Origin: Lingula anatina
Lineage: Eukaryota; Animalia; Brachiopoda
DNA: 64,000 nucleotides
Assembly: GCA_051362555.1 (NCBI GenBank)
Contig: CM120641.1
Coordinates: forward strand, 41,050,401-41,114,400
Direction: 5' to 3'
The notes below the pieces were generated by a model. The model searched no databases. It was not told the origin of the DNA and worked only from the letters and a program-made list of their open reading frames with translations. The translations under genes and the position numbers were made by a program. Positions within the stretch are counted from its first letter, which is position 1, and the number at the start of each line of letters is the position of its first letter. Positions 40,622 through 51,000 of this stretch are shown here, in pieces.

Positions 40622-40640
40622 CGTGGCCCATTGCGATTGG
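40622..40640 (-). promoter_or_regulatory. ER stress response element (ERSE, CCAAT-N9-CCACG) upstream of SYVN1
   Basis: The minus strand reads CCAAT-CGCAATGGG-CCACG, an exact consensus match about 80-100 nt upstream of the SYVN1 ATG. Confidence 0.85.
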
Positions 40641-41026
40641 TCCAAATCAATAAAATGACCTCTCGCGGCAAATTTAATGAGGAAGTTCCTGCAACATTTG
40701 TCTAAAATATCATTTTTTAAATGATGAATTAATATTTAGACATCGATGGTGATTTATAATAGTATATTTCACAGTTCTGTAGTTAAAATGTTACAATTAT
40801 TTTTTTAAGATGGTGAAGAAAGTGAAGAGAAGCTATCCAGTTTGGCAGCAGACGACCTTTTTCTGCACGAGCAGAAGTTTGACACTCAAAACGTGTTTGT
40901 CGTCATGTGTCATTTGGATTTTCGCTGTCTGCGATTGCAGACATAAAATTTGCTGGCTATGTATCGAGTTTCTTGTGCTGGTTAGAGCTTTTCCGCTGTC
41001 ACTTTGCAATTAAGTTCGAAGAATAG

Positions 41027-42882
41027 ATGATGGGATTAATGGATTTTAAGAGCAACGGGAAAGCTGGACAGCGTGAAGTTGAACTTGAAGGGGAAACTCA
41101 GATAGAGCTGCATGAATATATTTCTAATGACAACCTGATATCATCAAAAAGTTCGTCGCAAACTCAAAACAAGAGGGCGAGGCCAAAATCTCCCAAGGAC
41201 CATGATTTGGTTTCAGAAAAGGAAAATGTGTTAAGTCCAGCAAAGAAACCAAAGAGGCCAATTTTAATTGTAAAAAGCAAGGAAATACAATCATTTTTCC
41301 AGTTATTGGGTAATAGGATTTGCTCAAAAAAAAAAAATATATATATATATTCAAGAATTTAAAGAATTTAAATGTAATTAATTTGTTACTGGCTGAAAGG
41401 GGATTAAGATGTCAATTCACTGAAGTTGGAGGGAAGGTTCTTTAATATACAATTTAATGGTGACTTCATTCTAATTCTTATAACATTTATCTCATTTTGT
41501 TATCTGATTGTCCATTTCCATCTGTTTATAATGTTACAGAAGATGAAGTGATAACCGAATTTCTTGCCCGAGACAGATGTTTGAGGATATCAGACAAGGT
41601 CAGTTTACACATTGATGCCTGATAATTGATCAATTTTGACCAAATACAGATTTTTTCTTTTTCTTTTTTTTTTTTTTTTTACATTATAAAATTAATATAA
41701 ATTAATATATATGTTTAAAAAAATAATTAAACATGGACTTGTTGTTATTTTAAAAATTCCAAGATTTTTGTCCTTGAAAAAATTTTATATTTCTTTTTCA
41801 GTATTTACTGGCAATGGTTTTTGCCTTCTTCAAACGAGCTGGATTGACTACAAGAGAATACAGCAGAATGAATTTCTTCATTGCATTGTAAGTTATCTCC
41901 CTCACATACACATTTGTTATTTTATTGAAAAAAAAAACATTCTTAAATGCGCCTATTAATTTGTGCATGAAATGTTATTATTTACAGATACCTAGCAAAT
42001 GATATGGAGGAAGATGATGAAGATTGGAAATATGAAATTTTTCCATGGGCTCTTGGGAAGACATGGAAGAATAAATACCCAAATTTTCTCAAAAATAGGG
42101 ACAAACTTTGGAAGAAAATGGAATATAGAGCAGTTGTTAGCAAGCAAACATGCGAGGAAGTTAGTATATGTTTGGCTCATTGTTAAATTTATTATATATG
42201 TGTATATTGTTCACTTCTCTCTTTTCTATCTTTATACCAACACTAATTTTTAAATATCATATTGACCTAAATCCAATTAGATCTTGATGATTTTAACAAT
42301 TAATATGGTATCTTTTTTGCTTCATTATTTTCAATAAATGATTATATAATGGTTTTATTATAATGGATCTGTGCCACTGAACTGAATGTAATGTCATCTG
42401 CAGATAATGTCCAAGTATGAACCAGACCATTACATTTGGACACGGGATCGTCCCGAATACCATGCTGGTGCAATAAGAACCCATAATAGAGATGAAGACG
42501 AGGCCTATCCACGAGGTCCTGATGGTTCTCCACATTTCTGTCTTCGCTGTGATAGTTGTGAATATGCTTCAGAATTCCTGGAGGAGGATAGTTGGTATCT
42601 GTCATCATGTACTGAATCTTCACCAGAATCTGTAGGAAGACCTTTTCATTTGGTTCCAGGCACTGGTTTTGATTTGGAGGGTAAGTCGTAGAGGAACATG
42701 TGTGCAATACATAATTCTGATGTGCACAGAAAAGTAACTTGAATAACTAAATTCATTTTGCTTTCCTTTTAGTATCAGGTTGATGTTATTACATATTTGC
42801 TGTATGATATATATAACTGAAAATGTGTACAACACAAAAATATAATTCTTTGGATTGCATTTTTTCTATTATTCATTTATTT

Positions 42883-42914
<32 letters not shown>

Positions 42915-43008
42915 TTTATTTATTTATTTATTTTTTTCAGATTTGAAACTAACCCTTCAAGACGATGAATCATCTTTCTGGGCTTGTTTTAGTTTGGAGG
43001 AAGAATAA
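41027..43008 (+). CDS. SPDYA: Speedy/RINGO CDK activator, about 314 aa
   Basis: Exons 41027-41309, 41540-41598, 41802-41887, 41988-42159, 42404-42680, 42941-43008 sum to 945 nt. Speedy box: [91 protein letters not shown]. Confidence 0.93.
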
Positions 43009-43965
43009 AAGGCTGATAAGAAAGAAGTTATCTTAATCTGAAATGTCAGTGTGATTTAGCAATTTCAATAAGACATTTTTTAGATTTCTGACTTAGGATG
43101 CTTCATTGGCATTGAGAATGTCAGTGTCCGTGCAGTTTATTTCTCTATTACATTTTAATTTTTCAAGTCACAAGATTAATAAGATTTGATTATTTTACTT
43201 GTATCACATAATGAAAACTTGTTTTAAGGACTCTCTCAAAGTGGAGATATTACTTATACTGTGTATTGTTGAAAAAGGGAGCTTTAATACATTGCAATTT
43301 GCTTTGAAAAGCTCCACTATCTTGAAAAGCTTTCATGTATAGTCCGCAGGATACACACAACAAGTGATATATTGATCTTTTTGATATTAAAGAAAAGAAA
43401 GTGCAAATATTGTTAAAAACAATATTTTCATCACAAGACAAGCTCATAACACATATATATGTGCTAAATGATTAAAATAAAATGATATAGTAAATGGATG
43501 TGTTTTTTTTCTGTTCTCTTTATCTGTTATCGGTCTGAAGATCAGATGATGGATGATTTAATGCAACGTTAGATATGTTTTTTTATTGAAATAGCTCAAA
43601 AACATTCGATTCTAAAACATCGATTTCAAGTTGTTTGATGGTGGAGCAATGATGCTTAAGTTGGAGAAAACTTCAAGGAAAATTTCATAAAGAATATATC
43701 TTTAATTGTCCATGGGCGTTTCATATTTGCATCTTCAGTGGTAGCAGGCTTGTAAAAAATTACAGCTTACATCGAATGTTTTAACTGTCAAAGCAATCAG
43801 TTTTTCAAAAATCAGTAAAAGGCGCCCATACCAATCTAAAAAACATTGGTGACTAACATTGTGTCCTGTAAAATGTCAGTCCAGTTTAGTTGTACATCAC
43901 AAAAGTCTGTATTCTATGTCCCTTTAAAGTGCATTAGATTTTATTAAAGAAAAAGGGCATGAGGT

Positions 43966-44198
43966 AACTAGAAAAGCACTCCGAGAGCGCAGACCTCCGC
44001 CAAGGCAGCGATTTTTGATTATTATTAATTATTGATCCGGATCACCACCAAAAAGTAATCGTCTCTTCCTTGGCCCACTTCTGACAGTTCCTGAAAATTT
44101 CATCAAAATCGGTCCATAACTTTTTGAGATATGTTGATGACAGACAAACAAACAGACAAACAGGGGTGAAAACATAACCTCCTTGGCGGAGGTAAAAA
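43966..44198 (-). mobile_element. Non-autonomous Helentron-associated element (HINE/DINE-1-like)
   Basis: Subterminal inverted repeats ACCTCCGCCAAGG (43993-44005) and CCTTGGCGGAGGT (44181-44193), short palindrome ACCTCC..GGAGGT, a GTYT microsatellite on the minus strand (44140-44162), and a terminal hairpin GCGCTCTCGGAGTGC followed by TTTTCTAGTT. Confidence 0.82.
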
Positions 44199-44348
44199 TT
44201 CGTCATGTATTGGCGCTCACGTGGTTAATGGCCTTGGACAGAAACATTATCTAAACTCGTCACCGTTGAGTTCCTTAATTATTTTAGCAACAACTTTTAA
44301 AAATAATAATCAATCAAAAATAAAGAATTATGTAACAAAAGTAAAGTA

Positions 44349-45854
44349 TTAAACAGTTCGGTTTAAATGCTTCATCAAGAAATCATCAAATCTGTATCCA
44401 AACATGTCCCCATCTCGTCTGTAAATCTTCCAAACTTGTTTCAGTAATTTTATATCAATGTCGTTGTAATAATCGCCTACAGTGCTGCTGGTGTTTACGT
44501 GGATTTTACCACCATGATAGTCCGGGAATCGTATCCTGTCGCCCGCACCTAATAAACGCAGTATGTTCTCTGAATCGCCCGCTAGTGTTTCATAATGTCC
44601 AATAACGTCATACTGTATGGAACATGGATGACAAAGATGAAAAAATTCTTTCCAGTGAACGTCAAAACTGTGTCCATTGAGGTTTTCATCTCTGATGAAC
44701 AATAGGAATTCACTGAAAGTGACACTCGTCCCGGTTCGCAATTCTCTTTGCGTAGGGTGCTCTCTGTATCGTTGGAGGATTTTAGTGCCAACCACGGACG
44801 GATAGTACGTAGACGGTTTTGCGGATTCCAATTTATCCCTGTAGGCGGACAGAATTCTTTCCAGGGGATGCCTTACAAAGAAGAACTTGAAGTAATGATT
44901 CAGTCGATACTGTATTCCATAAAGAGTGTGTGTTTTCAAGAGTTTCACGTGTTTTGAAAACTCCCCACTATGAACCGACGCCGGGGGGATTTTCTCATAA
45001 TCCAGTGGACTGACGTCTGCGGAAAGTATCAATAGAATTAATTTCCAATTGCTGCAAGCGACTTTTGGCACAGAGCAAAAGATGATGCCATGTCTGTCGT
45101 CCACATACAGATTGGACAACATGTTGCGACTCAGAGGTTTGGCAATCCTGTGTTTCAAACACCTGTCTTTTACACGACGAATTCGATTTAGAATTTTTGC
45201 CCTCCAGTCCGCTGAGACGCGATGCCACAAAGGTACCTTCAATATTAATATAATAATGATTATTCATCTGGCATTTTACTACCCTCCTCCCATTTTCTGC
45301 TTCGCCGGCAAAAATCGCCTTCCTAGGTCTTGATGAAACCATTAAGCTAATATGGCACATCTATGATAATACGTAATTACAAGCCTATGAGAGATACATG
45401 CTATATGTAGTTAATAAAGGCAATAGAGAGCATTTAATTGTCGAAAGGACATATTTTACACTATTTGATAAACTGCTTGAATACACACCTTTTCATCGAT
45501 TCTTTTTTCATCATTGCTGTTGTTTGCAGTAACAGGTGGGATACAATGTGTGCACATGTGGATGCTCTGCCGCTTTCTTTGGTATAATACGTCTAAAATT
45601 ATCATGTTATGATATGAAAATGACTTAACAGCTATTGTGCAACAGGCAATTAGGCGCTCGTTTACATTGCATTGCTTTGTTTCACTTGTCATGTTTTAAA
45701 TGACTTTACAGTGCTCGTTAAATGACAAAGATGAGAAAATTACCTCTCTGCTGGACAGCCCATATTACCTACCAAATGCCGTGTAAATTACAACGGTGAC
45801 ACCAGCAAGTCCGAGGACAGCTGCCAGAAGACCATTTGACTGATGGCCGAACAT
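44349..45854 (-). CDS. Golgi carbohydrate sulfotransferase (Sulfotransfer_2 family, CHST11-like), about 357 aa
   Basis: Exons 45854-45773 (MFGHQSNG then TM segment LLAAVLGLAGVTVVIYTAF), 45592-45489 and 45236-44349 sum to 1074 nt. Motifs: 5'-PSB CSVPKVACSNWK, 3'-PB FVRHPLERILSAYRDK, DVHW..LCHPCSIQYDVIGHYETL. Confidence 0.9.
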
Positions 45855-47730
45855 CTCCTACTAAGGTTAGTTATCCCCCTTGGAATGGTGGCTGGAGCAA
45901 GATGGGGAGTCGAAAATCAAAAACTATTTCAAGGTCATCTTCGAATTACGAATTGGTATTCATCACGTTGTTTGATTACGTAGTTCGTTATGTTGTGACA
46001 AGGTGAAGTAAGCCAAAACATCCCCGTGAAACCGTTGACGTGCACTTGTTCCAATCACGACTTCTGGTCAACAAATTTGATTAATTTTACAACGCAGGGA
46101 AGACTATTCTCATTGAATACCTCCTCGTCGCTTACGTTTTTTGATGAAAAAATTCCCCAAGGATTTTTGAGTCGGTGTTGTCACGAACATTTGCAATTTC
46201 TGTGAGGGGCATATCCATCAAGGAGATGATCAATATTTTTATAGGTTAATTGCTATCGAAAACAAGTTCATTCCGACAGAAGCCATACTATCGCTGTAAT
46301 CAACAGAAAAAGTAAGAATAAGACTGAATATCCGCAACCACAACTCGTGAATCAGTTATTTGTTGCAATTGTGGAAAAGACACATAGATATTTTTGTAAT
46401 AAGACTAATTGAATTTTACAGATCGAGGTGCGATACAAGGAAACTGACATATTAATCAATAATCATAAAATCAATTGTAATCGGTGAACGTGATATAATG
46501 ATATGATGGTGTAATGAAACGGTATATTTCTGTAATTAACAGAAGAATTCGTAAAATACTGATACCCAATTAAAAGCACTGGTCCTTGAACTATTTCTGT
46601 ACTTCCCCTTTCATGTTGTGTGCCTAATTGAAAATTATAAGATCTGGGGACTATTTCCGTACTTTCATGTTCCTCTTGCGTAATTAGGAGGTAGCAACTG
46701 TTGCAGGCTGTCAATTCTGTATGTAGACAGCAATAAACAGGTGTAGATTCAAATGCAAAAAAAGGTTGATAAAAAATCGTAAAATACTTCAACAAAGTCA
46801 AATATCCGTTTCATGGAATAGGATTGGATATAAGCATCTTAGATAATGTAATGTAATGAAGTGAAAACCCAGGAAATGCACGCAAAGCCAAACAAAAAAT
46901 TTTAATATTTGTTTTTGATTTGTTTCTTAAGCATATAAACATACCAGCTTAAGTTTAGGGTCAGTCGTTATTACATATATTTTAATTCATTAATCATCTC
47001 AAATAAGGTTGTAAAGGAAAAGAGAAACGTCATACCTACATGTACAATGTGGCAATATGAGGAATTTTAGAAAATAAAAACATCAGCATTTAGGTTTTTC
47101 CCTGGATTGATTTTAAGTGTCGCCGATTTATCAAACTCATATATTTCTACATTTGAAAAAAATTGTGCGAAAAACATTCAGATTACCCTCAGAATTGAGG
47201 TCAGTCGCGCTCGTTAACCAACTCATCAATTTTGTCTGGCCTAAGTGTGATCTATAAAAAAATGGAAAACGTAGAATTCAAAAGTAGTTTTGGGTTCGGA
47301 ACTCGAAAAAGTGATGTCTGATACGTACCAGAAAAGGCATCAGGAAAGTCAGCCAACTGTAATTTTTCGAATAACGAATTATCATAACTTTTTTCTACTT
47401 TTTACAAGCCACCAGTTTAAAAAGTGATTACCAATTAGAAAAGGCATTAGTTTGATTGAAAATAATTGAAGCTTCTACCTCATTATGAATAGCTGCGCTC
47501 TTATTATCAGTGCCTCAAACATGGTTGGTCCTGGGAGCATGGATTAAAACAGAATCTTTTAATTTTCATCCCCAACTCACATTATCGCCCTTCGTTTGAG
47601 GAGAGTATATCCGAACTAGTATATCACCCCTGTTTGTACAGTTTTTACACGGAACTCCCTTGCAATAATTTCCTGAGGAAATTTAACAGTGATTTTAATT
47701 GGGCAAGATGAACGACTGCTTCTCTCTAGT

Positions 47731-47852
47731 CTATTTATAAACAGCCAGTGGCGCCGCCTGTTGCCTGGAATGTCCCAGTTGCTGCTGCATTGCAGGTGTA
47801 AGATACAAACCGTCAGCCATTACCAGGAGTTCAGAGCCGCCGCATTAAACTG
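47731..47852 (+). promoter_or_regulatory. Troponin C promoter (overlapping MEF2/TATA) and non-coding exon 1
   Basis: CTATTTATAA at 47731-47740 fits YTA(W)4TAR and is TATA-like. E-boxes CAGTTG and CAGGTG follow, then donor CTG|GTGAGT at 47852/47853. Confidence 0.6.
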
Positions 47853-48012
47853 GTGAGTTACCTCCATTTACTGCATCCTGCACAAAAAAGCAACGATTTT
47901 TTAAAATAATCTAATGTAGTTACTCGCTGCATTCTCATTTATCTTCTTAATTTCCCTAGAGTGCTTGGAAAGTAAAGGTTGCGAGTGCGTATACGCAGGA
48001 AAGAAAAGAAAC

Positions 48013-51000
48013 ATGGGGGTAAGTGTCCTGGCTTCTAGGTAGGTTGCTTTATACCAGATAACAGGCGTTTCCTCAAGCTTTCCGTCTTCTTCTCACTGTT
48101 AAGCACTGCTTTTTTATAGTAACCGCGTTAAGAATTTGAATCCGTGGAAAGGGAATTTAAACAATAATATGGTTTTATTTTGAGTACATCTGCTTTAAAG
48201 TACAATGTTCTTTTTTTTATTTTATCGTGTTTTGGAATGTTTCGTTTTTCTAATTATATTTTGACTGCTTTCTTTATTTCTTGCCACTAGGAACCCTGCG
48301 AACATAAAAGAACTCTGAACGAGATAGAAAAGAACGGTAAGGTTATTTTCATGTAGATCTATGTTGATGCTCTCTAGTGGTTAAAAATAAAAGACCGTTT
48401 TGTTGATGGATGTAAACATTCTAAATTATACATATAAAACAATTATTTATTTTAAGGTTAAATCACTTTTATGACATTTGCACTGTCGAAACATATTAGC
48501 TGTATGACACGTCAAAGCTTTTTAAAACTTATTTTCTTTTTTTATATATATATAATACGTAATAATCCGCTCCTCTCCCCAAAGCAGAAGGAACTTTATA
48601 TTAACTTTGACCTGGGCGGCTGCCATTTAAGGAGCTAGGCGATATGATTCAGGTGTAGAAGCAAATGTTTCTGCTCCCCTAATACGGCGCACGTCTGGCT
48701 CGTATTACACCGCAACGAGCGCTATCTTAGTGGGCTTATAAATACCATACTTATATTAGACAAAGTGCACCGACTATTTGAAAAAAAAAAAAGATTTTAT
48801 ATTTATTCATATTAGTGCCGTGTCATTAATTAGGATTAGGTAATGTTTTTTATCAGAAGATATATACTTTATTGTCTAAATTGTAAAGTTTGATTATCTG
48901 ATATTTTAAAGATCAATTACGCTAGTACTGCGTTTAGCCGTACTCTGTTGTTAAGATTAAATCGCTGAGTGCATGCGCTTGCAGTATATACAGTGAATAT
49001 GTTGTGGTTGTGGCTGGTTAGTCTAATAAATGGCGCTCTTTGCGCGTGAAAATGGTACCTCATCCTAACCATTAATGACATTAATCCTTGTAGGTCTACA
49101 TGTGCATAAAATATGTATGAGAGAGGGGTGGGGTGGAGGTCGACGCGATCCCTGCATTTTCCACTAAATGAACCATTAAAAGTCAATCGAATTGTTTGCT
49201 TTAAATATATTATCCTATTGACGTTGAGATCCATATCATGATCAAACCTCGAAGAAGGACTTTCCCATCTCTAACAAAAAACAAGAAAAAACATTTTGAC
49301 AGACACTGGCATGCTATGTACCAATACAAGAAGCTGTGAAATAACTAAAAGCTTTTTTAGTTTGTCTTAAAATGGAATTGGGTATTTCTTTTGCTTACAG
49401 TGCATGTAGAGGTCTTCAGAGGGCCAAGCGGTGGCAATGGTTACTTTTTAAGTCACTCAATAAGAGTTTGAACTTTATATTACATCGGCTTTATTTTTCT
49501 AAAAATGTCGATACTTTTCTCCCTAAGGTGCACCACATATTTCTTACCATCCAAGAATAACGAAATAGAAACCGCTTTCTGAGTTCTAAGTTTTTCATAT
49601 TTCACCCACTCCCGAAATAAGAAAAATATTATAAATTAAGAGCTGAAAATGGGTTTATAAATGGAAATTTACTTAGCCGCTTTTGATAAGATATACCTTG
49701 CTGACATGTGAGAGATTAAATTTAAATTTCAGAATTTTTTTACATGTAGAGGTCTAGGAGGCATTGTATGCCGTTAAAATATAAGTTTAGAAAATGTGAC
49801 AGAACATAGTCTATGGCAATAGATTATGTGACCAATTTATCCAGGCCATTTACCTAATGAAAGGTCTCGTCGGTCAGTTGCTAAATGCAAGTTCCAGTAT
49901 CAGAGTTATTCATATTTATCATTCTTATTTGACTGGATGACTAACAACATTCACTCAATATGGTATTGTGCTTGAAAATCTTGTATATATCATTTTGATT
50001 TAAAAAACTAACAGTTTCCTTCCCGATCCGTAGGAGGAAGTTACAGATAGCATGTCTACTTCTAGCCTACTTTTTTTTTCAAACTGCATATTGGTGCGCA
50101 TAAAATGCTCAGTATATATAATGGCACCTAAATATTTCCGTGCATATTTGGTTTCTGCGTATTATAGCGGTACTACATGTATGCACAGGAGTATAAGGCC
50201 TCCTAGTTTTAAATGACTTGAAGCCTAACAGCAAAAAAAGTTTTCAATAAACAGCCAACATTTAAGAGCCAATAGAATGAAATAACAGCTAATAGATTAT
50301 GAGAAGTAATTATGCATAACCATACTAAAGTACTAAATTCGCAAGTTCAGCCCACCTAATTCTTGACTTTAATCTAACGTTAATATAACTTTTTATGCAA
50401 TATCAGATACTTAAAAAAGCACGACCTTTCTCATCTATAATCAGTAAGAATTGGCACCATCAGCTCTTACTAGTACTGTTAACAAGTAAAGCTTCTCACA
50501 GCAACAACAGCTTTTGCAATGGTCACCAGCGCTTGGCATCGGCATCTAATTCTGCACGGTCACACTCACTTGCAATATCATGTCTCTGATGCACCTTTTT
50601 TCTCACTGTTTAGACGCGCGCGAAGCATTCAAACTGTTTGATAAGAAAGATGTAGGCAGGATTTCCCTGAAGGAGCTTGGTAATGTGTTCAGAAGCGTTG
50701 GGCGCGCGCTGACGGCTGAGCAGCTGAGGGCGTTCGCAGCCGAGGTAGACTTGGATGGTAAGACAGATCGTAGTTAAGGAATTAACAGAGGGTAATACAT
50801 CTTTTGGTGGCGTATATCAGAGGGTGATTTTGTATACTGTTTTAGCATTTTGTGTAGACTACACTTAAGATCGAGAAAAAACAAAATATGAACATGGAAA
50901 TTACCCTTTCTTACCCTCTCGAAAGCGCTGCTTAAAAAGATGTACAATCTTCTGTTTGGGGTGCAAAGTTTTCCACAGTTTTATATTGTTGAAGACTTTG

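Noticed and set aside
44211-44236. TGGC..GTGGTTAA A-box-like strings here and near 55968
   Set aside because: No B-box or cloverleaf follows, so no tRNA or SINE can be called.
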